32,000 nt of DNA from Cereibacter sphaeroides 2.4.1 (lineage in GTDB: Bacteria; Pseudomonadota; Alphaproteobacteria; Rhodobacterales; Rhodobacteraceae), in contig NC_007490.2 in the NCBI RefSeq assembly GCF_000012905.2, positions 1-32,000 on the forward strand. The letters are read 5' to 3'. The notes under the pieces were generated by a model. The model was not told the DNA's origin. It saw only the letters and a program-made list of their open reading frames with translations, and did not search any database. The first letter of the stretch is position 1; each line of letters starts with the position of its first letter. Shown here piece after piece: positions 24,336 through 32,000 of the stretch. The position numbers were made by a program, and so were the translations under genes.

Positions 24336-25907
24336 CTATCCGCGGAAGTTCCAGGGCATCAGTTCCGCGATGTCGCTCTGCATGTGCTGGTCGAGGATCT
24401 TGCGGAGGGTCGCTGCGATATACGCCTCAGGGTTCACGCCGTTCAGACGGCAGGTGCCGATCAGCGAGGCGATGCGGGCCCATGTCTTCGCCCCATCCGT
24501 GGAGCCGGCAAATAGTGCATTCTTTCTTGTAAGTGGAATCGGACGGATCGCGTTCTCCACCCCGTTGGTGTCCATCTCGAGCCGGCCGTCTTCGAGGAAA
24601 CGGGTCATGCCGTCCCATCTCTTCAGCCCGTACCGGATGTGCGTGCTGAGCTCGTTGGACGAGGAGAGATCCTGAAGGCAGCCCTCGAGCCAGGGCCGGA
24701 GCGCCTCGACGATGGGCCTCGAGAACTTCTGGCGGACCGCGACGCGGGCGGCGGGATCACGGCCGCGGATCTCCTTCTCGATGGCGTAGAGCTGCGCGAT
24801 CCGCGCGATCATCTCGTCGCAGATCGGCGAAGGCGTGTCCTGGCTGAACTTCACGAAGCGCCGCCTCCAATGTGTCCAGCAGAAGGCCAGGGTCCAGGGC
24901 TTCGCGGTCTTCTTGGGGTCGGCCAGCAGGTCGTAGCCGCCATGGCCGTCAACCAGCAGCGTACCGCCGGCGAACCCCTTCAGGATCTCCTGCGCGACCT
25001 TGCCGCCGCGGCTTTGCGAGTGATGGAAGACCACGATCGGAGGATCGCCGCCGCCCCAGCCCCGCTGGTCGCGCAACACCACCCATAGCCAGTCCTTGCG
25101 CACTGCGCCGGTCCCGGGCGCCAGCACGGGGGCGGTGGTCTCGTCCATCTGCAGCCGGTCGCTTCGTCGAAGCTCGGCCATCATCGCGTCGATCACCGGG
25201 GCCAGCAGCTGCGCCGCCCGCCCCGACCACTCGGCCAGCATCGTGCGGTCGAGTTCGATCCCCTGGCGCCGGTAGATGTCGGCCTGGCGGTAGAACGGAA
25301 GGTAGTCGCCGAACTTGCCCACCACGCTGTGCGCGACCAAGGCCTCAGTCGGCAGGCCGCGCGACACCAGCCATTCCGGCGCCGGAGCCTGGGCATGTTG
25401 TGCCCCCGCGCAGGTCCGGCAGACGTATTTCGGCCGGATCGTCACCAGCACGCGGAACTGCGCCGGGATGACATCGAGACGCTCGGTCCTGGTTTCGCCC
25501 ACCCTTTGCATCTCGCCGCAGCCGCAAGGACAAAGGATGCTGTCGGGCTCGATCACCCGCTCGATCCGCGGCAGGTGCTCCGGCAGGTGCCCCTTGTTGC
25601 GCTCCGAAGGCCGGGACGGAGCCTTCCGGGTGCCGAGCGCCTTCTCGGCCGCTTCGCTCGCCGCGGCCAGCATGCCGGCCGCCGCCTCGACATCCTCGAA
25701 CGGCAGGTTCCGTTGGTCGGGGTCGAGCTTCTCGGACTTCGAGCCGAAGGTGTCGCGCCGCATCTGTGCGAGCAGCCGCTCCAGCCGGGCGCGGGCCTCC
25801 TCGACCTCAACCAGGCGGGCCTCGGCCGCGGTGCGCGCGGCTTCCGCCTCGGCCAGCCGCCGCTCGAGATCCGCCACGCGGGCCGCACTGGTTCGGATCG
25901 ATGCCAT
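24336..25907 (-). CDS. tnpC: IS66-family transposase TnpC
   Basis: Leucine-zipper-like N-terminus, 'CPCGCGEM...', 'LQMDETTAPVL', 'LLVDGHGGY' and 'LEMDTNGVENAIRPIPLTRKNALFAGS'. ATG at 25907 is preferred over TTG at 25937. Confidence 0.9.
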   Translation of the reverse strand: MASIRTSAARVADLERRLAEAEAARTAAEARLVEVEEARARLERLLAQMRRDTFGSKSEKLDPDQRNLPFEDVEAAAGMLAAASEAAEKALGTRKAPSRPSERNKGHLPEHLPRIERVIEPDSILCPCGCGEMQRVGETRTERLDVIPAQFRVLVTIRPKYVCRTCAGAQHAQAPAPEWLVSRGLPTEALVAHSVVGKFGDYLPFYRQADIYRRQGIELDRTMLAEWSGRAAQLLAPVIDAMMAELRRSDRLQMDETTAPVLAPGTGAVRKDWLWVVLRDQRGWGGGDPPIVVFHHSQSRGGKVAQEILKGFAGGTLLVDGHGGYDLLADPKKTAKPWTLAFCWTHWRRRFVKFSQDTPSPICDEMIARIAQLYAIEKEIRGRDPAARVAVRQKFSRPIVEALRPWLEGCLQDLSSSNELSTHIRYGLKRWDGMTRFLEDGRLEMDTNGVENAIRPIPLTRKNALFAGSTDGAKTWARIASLIGTCRLNGVNPEAYIAATLRKILDQHMQSDIAELMPWNFRG

Positions 25908-25975
25908 GGGGCGAGGATACCCCACAACCCGCTGCAATGCCTGCCGAAACGCCAGCCCGAGTCACCCTGCCGCGG

Positions 25976-26329
25976 CTATCCGGCCAGTCGCGGCCGCGGC
26001 CGCCGCTCGGCCCGGACCGCTCGCCAGTCCAGCCCTTCGATGAGGGCCGAGAACTGCGCCGGCGACAGCCGGATCACCCCATCGGCCGGCTTCGGCCAGT
26101 GGAAGGCGCCGCCCTCGAGCTTCTTGTAGACCAGAACGAGGCCGGTCTGGTCCCACACCAGGCACTTCAGCTGGTCACCGCGTTTCGAGCGGAACAGGTA
26201 GATCGCGCCGTTGTACGGATCGTGGCCCAGCACGCTCTGCACGATCAGCGCCAGCCCGGCATGGCCCTTTCGGAAATCGACTGGCCGCGTCGCCAGATAG
26301 ACCCGGGTGATCCCGCCCGGCAGGATCAC
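25976..26329 (-). CDS. tnpB: IS66 accessory protein TnpB (orf2)
   Basis: 'RVYLATRPVDFRKGHAGLALIVQ...IYLFRSKRGDQLKCLVWDQTGLVLVYKKLEGGAFHWP'. Confidence 0.9.
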   Translation of the reverse strand: MILPGGITRVYLATRPVDFRKGHAGLALIVQSVLGHDPYNGAIYLFRSKRGDQLKCLVWDQTGLVLVYKKLEGGAFHWPKPADGVIRLSPAQFSALIEGLDWRAVRAERRPRPRLAG

Positions 26330-26748
26330 GCCGCGCTCCGGACCGCTGCGATCACCCGGCCGAGGTGGGCGGCGTCAAAGACGGCAGGCACGAGGATCCT
26401 GACGTCACCAATCTCCAGAGCGAGGCAGGCATCAGATCTACCACCAGCGCTTTGTCCCCCATCCGCCACGACGATCGGCACGAGCCCTAGCGCCTCATCC
26501 TCCGGCATCGGCAGAAGGCCCTCACGGGCCGCCCGCCGCCAGGCATGCAGCTGCGGCGCCGAGACTCCGTGCTTGCGCGCGACATCCGAAACCGACACCC
26601 CGTCGCGGAAGGTCTCCAGCACCATCGCGGCCTTCACATGCTCCGGCCACCGCCGCCTACCGGTCGGACCCGTCACAACCTCGATACGACCGGCATATCC
26701 TTGCTCGTGACTGTGAGAAGTTACGTATGTTTGTACGTCCGTATCCAT
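26326..26748 (-). CDS. tnpA: IS66 accessory protein TnpA (orf1)
   Basis: 'GRIEVVTGPTGRRRWPEHVKAAMVLETF...VARKHGVSAPQLHAWRR'. GGAGG 5 nt before the ATG at 26748. 4-bp overlap with tnpB. Confidence 0.85.
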   Translation of the reverse strand: MDTDVQTYVTSHSHEQGYAGRIEVVTGPTGRRRWPEHVKAAMVLETFRDGVSVSDVARKHGVSAPQLHAWRRAAREGLLPMPEDEALGLVPIVVADGGQSAGGRSDACLALEIGDVRILVPAVFDAAHLGRVIAAVRSAA

Positions 26749-26833
26749 CGACGCCTCCGTTGTTACAGGCGTCATCTCGGAAAGCGCTGCCGATCAGGCA
26801 ACGAGGGCGATGGGCGGTCGCTTACTGACCACC

Positions 26834-27764
26834 ATGCATGGATAGCCGCGCACCCGAGCGATGCTGTCGAGTTCACGGCCAACGCGCTGCCCTCGAACGC
26901 CATCCTCAAATGGCAGGAGGATCGCAAGGTCGAGTGGCACTATATCGCTCCGGGAAAGCCCATGCAGAACTTAAGCGCCTCGCCGATCCCCTAAGCGGCT
27001 CGGCTTGACGTCTTCCGGAAGTGCCACGGCATCAGGTCTTCGATCCGGCTTGCCGGGTGACCATTGAGGATCGCGCGTAGGGTTTCGGCGATATAGCTCA
27101 CCGGGTTCACGTCGCTCATCTTGCAGGTGGCCACGAGCGAGGCGAGCATTGCCCAATTCTCGGCGCCGACCTCGTGACCGGCGAACAACGCATTTTTGCG
27201 TGTGAGGGCCACCCTGCGGATCTGGTTCTCGACCGGGTTGGTGTCCATCTCCAGCCGTCCGTCCTCGAGGAACCGGACCAGGCCCGGCCAGAGGCCCAGG
27301 GTGTCCCGTATCGCCGTGCAACATCGGCGACATGAACGCCGGGGCGGTAACTCTCGGAGGCGATCCGGGCCTTCTCCTCATCGCTCCAGCGCCGCCGACC
27401 CGACGGACCCTCGACCACCTCGAGCCGCCCCGCAAAGCCATTCGGCGAGACGTCCATACAGCCGTCCATTTTGACGTCCACTCCCGTGCAAACACCCGAT
27501 CATTCGCACGTTCGGGAGTTCGTCGGCAGGAGGGGAGCGGCGTGGCGCTTGCTGCAGAACGGCTTCGTCGAGAGCTTCAATGGCCGCCTGCGCGACGAGT
27601 GCCTCAACGAGCACCTGTTCGCCAACCTGCGCCACGCTCGGGAGCTAATCTCGGCCTGGCGCGACGATTACAACCACCACCGCCCTGACACGAGCCTCGA
27701 CGGGCTCATTCCCAAGGGAGTATCACCAACGGTCAGTAGAGGACCAAACCCTGAACATAGCTAA
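26834..27764 (+). pseudogene. IS3/IS407-type orfB (integrase core), 5'-deleted and split by the mini-IS66
   Basis: 'SDAVEFTANAL...WHYIAPGKPMQN' (to 26970) continues exactly as 'GFVESFNGRLRDECLNEHLF...YNHHRP' from 27561. Confidence 0.8.
26971..27552 (-). mobile_element. 582-bp internally deleted IS66 derivative (both IRs kept; TnpC C-terminus fused to TnpA N-terminus) with 8-bp target-site duplication TGCAGAAC
   Basis: The ends are 'ttaagcgcctcgcc' and the reverse complement of 'ggcgtggcgcttgc'. TGCAGAAC occurs at 26963-26970 and 27553-27560. Removing the element restores the orfB reading frame. Confidence 0.85.
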
Positions 27765-27796
27765 CCTATAAGCGCGGACTCCAAGGGGAGCAGGTC

Positions 27797-27966
27797 AATC
27801 GCAATGAGCTCTTGAACGATACGCTGCTCTGCGGCCTCGAACATGCCCGCAGCAGCATCAGCGCCTGGATGGCGACCACAACGCCACCCGGCCTCATTCC
27901 GCGCTCGGCTACAGTGACGTCCGCCGCCAAACTCACCGCAATGGACTGCGGGCCCCGCGCATCTAA
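27797..27966 (+). pseudogene. C-terminal fragment of a second IS3-family orfB, with a frameshift
   Basis: 'ELLNDTLLCGLEHARSSISAWM', then after a +1 shift 'DHNATRPHSALGY'. Confidence 0.5.
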
Positions 27967-28132
27967 GCCGCTACGCCGATCGCCATTGCTCCCTCCGCGC
28001 AAGCGGGCGATGGTCAACTAATAGCTCTAGGTTCAGCTGGATGAGCGTCGGGGGGCAGAGCAGCTGGCTAAATGCTAGAAATGTCTGCCTTTACCCTGCG
28101 ACAACTGCTCTAGACTTCGCGGGAGCGTACAT

Positions 28133-28960
28133 ATGCTGTGGTTCTTCTATCTTGTTGTTCGGGTGTTTGTGGGGTTCCTCTGCTTGGCGGCGCCGCTAAT
28201 GGTACAGCAAGCCTCACTCTGGGTTTACGTCTTGTTCTGGCCGAGCGCCGTGGCGATCCTGATGCTGGGATTACTAGACCCGCGTTACCTATTGCGTCGC
28301 ACCATCGCGGCCATTTCCACTACCGCTATCACCGGCTTCCTCATCAGCGGACTGCCGCCGCTGACGGAAGCCGCTATTGCCGATGACACCCTGCGCGAAG
28401 TGCTTAACCTTATGATCGTTATGGTGACGGGCCGCATGTCCCAAGACTGCGGCTGGCCGCTGGTGTCATTGGTCAGTTTCACATTGTTGATTCTCGCGGC
28501 GCTGGAGGTGCTGCGGACTCGGGAGGAAAGGCCGAAGGACGCGAGGTTTGTGGCCCGGCCTGTTCCCTCCCCGGTGTCGCTTCCGTACGAGGAAGGGGCG
28601 CTCCTGCTCTCGCTCGGAATCACAGTCACCAACGTTGGCAAGAAGGTCTGCACAATCAACCCCCGCGACGTGCGAATCCGAGTCTGCTGGCTCTGGACCG
28701 TCGCGGCATCACCAAGCCTAGAGAACAACAACGACGTGTTGCCTCTGCGCGCGCCCCTGTCGTTGCAACCTGCCGAAACATGCACCCTGCATCTGGATGA
28801 GACGATACATAGCCGGATCCTGAACCAGCTGGCGCGGCTGCCGCGTTGGTTGACTTGGCTCCTGTTGTGGGGTGACGTAGACGTGGCTGGCGAGGTGTTT
28901 AGCACGCGCTTTCCGTCATATCGCAGGCTCGGTGACGATGCTGGACCTAGCCCCGCTTGA
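28133..28960 (+). CDS. Hypothetical membrane protein (about 4 N-terminal TM helices plus a ~150-aa soluble C-terminal domain)
   Basis: GGGAG 7 nt before the ATG. Hydrophobic segments include 'LWFFYLVVRVFVGFLCLAAPL' and 'LWVYVLFWPSAVAILMLGLL'. No recognised domain. Confidence 0.6.
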   Translation: MLWFFYLVVRVFVGFLCLAAPLMVQQASLWVYVLFWPSAVAILMLGLLDPRYLLRRTIAAISTTAITGFLISGLPPLTEAAIADDTLREVLNLMIVMVTGRMSQDCGWPLVSLVSFTLLILAALEVLRTREERPKDARFVARPVPSPVSLPYEEGALLLSLGITVTNVGKKVCTINPRDVRIRVCWLWTVAASPSLENNNDVLPLRAPLSLQPAETCTLHLDETIHSRILNQLARLPRWLTWLLLWGDVDVAGEVFSTRFPSYRRLGDDAGPSPA

Positions 28961-29002
28961 ACAAGCGTCAGATCCCGACGCGCCTTGCCTAGTCTGCGAA
29001 GA

Positions 29003-29380
29003 CTAATGTTCAGCGTCGAGTACCACCAGCCAGTGTTGTGGCGGGATGTACCGCTCGCCGTAGGCTATGGCCACGCCGGAGTAGGTCTGCTTAAACAGCG
29101 CTGCGTATGTCTTCTGGTAGGCTACGCGTCTATCGGCCGGCACGTCCTGCCAGCCAACAGGCTGCGGGAAGCCGTCCTTCTCCCGGTAATTGTGGACATT
29201 ACGCATCTGGGTGAGGATCTCCATTAGGAGGGATTGGGCCAACCGCATCACTTTCTCGCGGTCGGCCCGGTAGTCCGGCATGGCAGCAACGGCCGAGACC
29301 ATTGCTGCCATAACCTTTTCATACGCGCCCTCCGGCACACGCACCTTGAAACTGGCAACCGGGGCGCGAAAGCAGGACAT
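29003..29380 (-). CDS. Hypothetical 125-aa protein translationally coupled to the Phd/YefM-like gene (toxin position, family not recognised)
   Basis: The start shares TGATG with the upstream stop, a 1-nt overlap at 29380. No Doc, RelE, YoeB, PIN or zeta motifs seen. Confidence 0.55.
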   Translation of the reverse strand: MSCFRAPVASFKVRVPEGAYEKVMAAMVSAVAAMPDYRADREKVMRLAQSLLMEILTQMRNVHNYREKDGFPQPVGWQDVPADRRVAYQKTYAALFKQTYSGVAIAYGERYIPPQHWLVVLDAEH

Positions 29381-29808
29381 CAGGCCACCTGAGACTTTTC
29401 AGCCGCTTCATGCGCGCAGGCGTAGCCGACTGTCCGATCATGCGCATGGATCATCTCGTTGATCTCTTCCATTACGCCTTCGACCTTTCGTTTCAGGTCG
29501 AGCAAATCGTTCCGCGCGGTCACGTCAGCGGGATCTTCCGCTTCCAGCACTAGGTCTGTGGATCCAAAGTCACCGACCTTGGACGCTGGCCAAGACAGCG
29601 CAACATGCGCATCGGCGTCGGTGGCCTCTAACGTCGCGAGGTCCGGCATGCTGACGAGCACCGCGGTGGGATGCTTGTGCTTGGTAAGGATGACGCGCTG
29701 GCCATGCTGGCTGACGAGATCAACGAGTTCGGCCAGACCTGCCCGAGCGTCCGTCACAGGAACTTCGAGCGCTTCGCCACGAGAAATGACGTATTCTTCA
29801 TGTTTCAT
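29380..29808 (-). CDS. Phd/YefM-family antitoxin-like protein with a long C-terminal extension (142 aa)
   Basis: 'VPVTDARAGLAELVDLVSQHGQRVILTKHKHPTAVLVSMPDLATLE' is a Phd/YefM N-terminal domain pattern. AAGGAG 9 nt before the ATG at 29808; the track's 29826 start is a TTG. Confidence 0.65.
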   Translation of the reverse strand: MKHEEYVISRGEALEVPVTDARAGLAELVDLVSQHGQRVILTKHKHPTAVLVSMPDLATLEATDADAHVALSWPASKVGDFGSTDLVLEAEDPADVTARNDLLDLKRKVEGVMEEINEMIHAHDRTVGYACAHEAAEKSQVA

Positions 29809-29842
29809 CTGTTCGATCTCCTTCAAAAGGACTCAAACAATA

Positions 29843-30151
29843 TGTACATTTTTCCCCCACAAGTCAAGGTTTTTGTACGAAAATTGGATTCAACCCGGCG
29901 GCCAGCGTACATCTTGTCCGTCCTTCATGTGGAAGATTGCGGTTACTTGGTGCCCTGCTGAACCTTTTTTACGTACGTTACGTGCATCAGTCAAGCATTC
30001 AACGCGACGTTGTGTACATAAATGTTGCATCAAGGCCACGATTACTGTACGTTTAGCCTAACAGCGAACGTTCTCTTCAACCTTTGTACGTTAAAGCAAA
30101 CGCAACACTTGCATTCGTTCCACCTGCTCCCAAGTCGAGAGTTTATGTACA
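29843..30151. promoter_or_regulatory. Divergent intergenic region with eight (T/C)GTAC(A/G) sites
   Basis: Sites start at 29843, 29874, 29906, 29972, 30013, 30046, 30085 and 30146. The region is AT-rich and lies between the 29808(-) and 30220(+) starts. Confidence 0.4.
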
Positions 30152-30219
30152 GAACTGTAGCCGTCCTTAGTCGCGCGGGACGCACATAGGGACACCGTGA
30201 AGCACTGGAGGACGGAGTC

Positions 30220-31173
30220 ATGGCATATCAGCAGGCGAATTGGATCACCATGCACGGGATCACCTTCGAGGCATCTGCTGCAATCGCTCTCCGTAAACTC
30301 GATCCAGCCGCGCGTCAAATCGTCATGGTCAATCTAGCTCGGTTGCGGCTCAGGATCCTGAAGACGCCGCTGAACGCCTCCACCCCCGACGTAGTTGTGC
30401 TCGAACACGTCCAGATCCGTGACCTGCGCGTCTGGTATGTCCGCAACGAGACCGACATGCTGGTCAAACGCTTTGAACGCACTATCCTCCGCTATCCTCT
30501 TGATACAGTTCACCTGCTTCATCGAGCAGAATTTCCAATAGAGCCTCTCGCTCCTGGCGCCTCTACAACCTACGGGGCTTCTGGCGAACTCGAGCCATAC
30601 GATCATGAGACGCCGCTGCTGGCCGAAAGCCCACCAGTGGCCTTCTTGCTGACACTGCGCAATAGCCGGTTGCAGGTCGCACTCGACACGCGAGCAGACA
30701 GTGCGCTGGCTTGGCAGGCCGACTGGACCGCACCGCACTGGCCTCATGCGGGAAATGCACTGATGCTCGAGGCCCGGCTGATGCTAGACTTGAGGTTGCA
30801 GCACGATACCAGCATTCGCGGCGCGTTCCGGATCTGGCAAAGGGAGGACCATGGGAACGACCTGCCACAACCGCTGCCCGCACCGGCCCGCCAAACAAAA
30901 ACCTATGTGACACGCCCCACCGCGCGCAGAGCGCGCCCGCATGACCTGACGGATCGCGTCGCTGCAGGGGACTACAGCCATCTTGCCCAAGTAAGCGCTA
31001 TGATGCAGGCGATAGAGCTTCTGTCCCAAGGGCGGACCGATGGCTGGGCGCTGTGTCTCGACGCTTTAAAGGCCGCTGGGGACGACGTCTACTACGCCCT
31101 CTCGCTGGATGTAACACTGCGCAGGAGCACCCTGCGGCGGCGCTGGCAGGGGAAAGTCGACATCGAATGGTGA
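30220..31173 (+). CDS. Hypothetical 317-aa protein; N-terminal ~90 aa weakly RelE/ParE-like, remainder unknown
   Basis: 'ITFEASAAIALRKLDPAARQIVMVNLARL...LRVWYVRNETDMLVKRFER' follows the RelE/ParE pattern (A..dL.kLd...ri...l..L ... yRi.Y.i....l.v..i.hR). The GGAGG region lies upstream. Confidence 0.5.
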   Translation: MAYQQANWITMHGITFEASAAIALRKLDPAARQIVMVNLARLRLRILKTPLNASTPDVVVLEHVQIRDLRVWYVRNETDMLVKRFERTILRYPLDTVHLLHRAEFPIEPLAPGASTTYGASGELEPYDHETPLLAESPPVAFLLTLRNSRLQVALDTRADSALAWQADWTAPHWPHAGNALMLEARLMLDLRLQHDTSIRGAFRIWQREDHGNDLPQPLPAPARQTKTYVTRPTARRARPHDLTDRVAAGDYSHLAQVSAMMQAIELLSQGRTDGWALCLDALKAAGDDVYYALSLDVTLRRSTLRRRWQGKVDIEW

Positions 31174-31189
31174 GTACGCGACGCGAGCT

Positions 31190-31602
31190 CGTCGTTATGC
31201 AGGCACAAGCACGCCAAGTGGGGAGACCTCGTCCGGAGCAGACTTTGCAAGCTGCCCCGTCCACCTACTACGATCCCTTGGCAAAGTATGCTGATCTGGC
31301 CCGGTTGCCTCGGTGCGACGTTCTGCGGCCCGAGAGCAAGCGCGTGTTCGAGAAGACTTGGCGGGTCTAAGGGGTTCGCGAGATCTGGCGTCAGTTGGAT
31401 CGCGAAGGCTTCGATGTCGACCGTTGCACCGTCGCCAGGCTGATGAAGGGCATGGTATTTAAGGCGTTATCCGCCGCAGGCCGCATAAAACGACGGTGCC
31501 GGACAAGAAGGTTCCATGCCCATTGGACAAGGTGAGCCGTCAGTTCCGCGTGCCGGCTCCCAACATGCTCTGGGTCAGCGATTTCACCTACGTCGCCATC
31601 TA
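31190..31602 (+). pseudogene. N-terminal fragment of an IS3-family orfB, with in-frame stops and frameshifts
   Basis: 'STYYD...', 'REIWRQLDREGFDVDRCTVARLMKGM' and 'PNMLWVSDFTYVA', interrupted by stops. Confidence 0.6.
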
Positions 31603-31604
31603 AT

Positions 31605-32000
31605 GGCTTGTGTGCGCCGCCTATGGCCCATTGATTTCCCGGGTTCCGGATCGGGATGGGAGGGGCGAGCCTCGTTCTGAGGCTTCAGAAGGAGGCGACG
31701 ATGCCGGATGGTGGTGAAGGGTTCGACGGCCGGATCGAGGTGATCCGGCGCACTCGTGGCTATCGGCGCTGGCCGGACGAGGTGAAGGCCACGGATCGTG
31801 GCGGAGAGCTTCCGCCTGGGCGTTCGTGTGGCAGAAATGGCGCGGCGGCACGGGGTTCTTGCGCACCAGCTTTCGGCTTGGCGGCGGCAAGCCCGGAAGG
31901 GGCTGCTCGCTCTGCCCGAGAACGCGGTGGAGGGTCTGGAGGCTGCCTTAGTGCCCCTGACGGTGGAGCCGGAGGTTGGCGCCGGACTGGATGGCCTGTC
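31605..32000 (+). mobile_element. tnpA: Left end of another IS66-family element; tnpA (from ATG 31701) carries a 1-nt frameshift and runs off the window
   Basis: GAAGGAGG before the ATG at 31701. 'GRIEVIRRTRGYRRWPDEVKA' is followed, after a +1 shift near 31791, by 'RIVAESFRLGVRVAEMARRHGVLAHQLSAWRRQA'. The IR position is approximate. Confidence 0.6.

Larger units (their letters stand above)
24298..26825 (-). mobile_element. Intact IS66-family insertion sequence (2528 bp) with 8-bp target-site duplication TGACCACC
   Basis: GTAAGCG... termini at 24298 and 26825 (reverse complement). TGACCACC occurs at 24290-24297 and 26826-26833. It has the canonical tnpA-tnpB-tnpC order with overlapping tnpA/tnpB. 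Confidence 0.9.
24085..27783 (+). mobile_element. IS3-family (IS407-group-like) remnant carrying two nested IS66-family insertions and an internal deletion
   Basis: The left end 'TGAAAAGTCCGCGG...' at 24085 matches the right end '...aagcgcggactcca' (to 27783) as imperfect IRs. The orfA stub and orfB pieces are listed separately. Confidence 0.6.

Overview
High-G+C, plasmid-like accessory DNA, probably alphaproteobacterial or Rhizobiales in style; this is judged from sequence composition and gene content only, with no searches run. Reading left to right there are six parts. (1) A lysozyme-like gene. (2) A partition module (parA plus an RHH-type partner) preceded by two large, different tandem-repeat arrays: 10 x 75 bp and about 5.5 x 137/138 bp. 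(3) A roughly 6-kb block that resembles a conjugative-plasmid establishment or anti-defence island. It carries an SRAP/YedK-like peptidase, a vapB/degenerate-vapC pair, a convergent pair of paralogous small genes, an orphan NPPF methyltransferase fusion and a DUF3768-like gene. The block is bracketed by a hairpin-rich direct repeat of about 520 bp. (4) An IS graveyard of IS66-family and IS3/IS407-type fragments, one intact IS66 with 8-bp target-site duplications, and one 582-bp mini-IS66 with target-site duplications. (5) The main candidate for something new: a lower-G+C, seven-gene, single-strand operon at 16.5-24.1 kb. It encodes a radical SAM enzyme, a methyltransferase, a homocitrate/isopropylmalate-synthase-like enzyme, an unknown 122-aa protein, a Cys/Met-family PLP enzyme, a methyltransferase-fold protein and an asparagine-synthetase-like amidotransferase. 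It sits between inward-facing IS3 ends like the cargo of a decayed composite transposon. (6) A second IS-bounded, lower-G+C island at 28.0-31.2 kb. It holds a membrane protein, a Phd/YefM-like gene coupled to an unknown 125-aa ORF, a divergent intergenic region with eight GTAC-core sites, and a 317-aa protein whose N-terminus looks RelE/ParE-like. Many long ORFs in the supplied track are high-G+C or repeat artefacts and are rejected. All functional calls rest on motifs recognised by eye.
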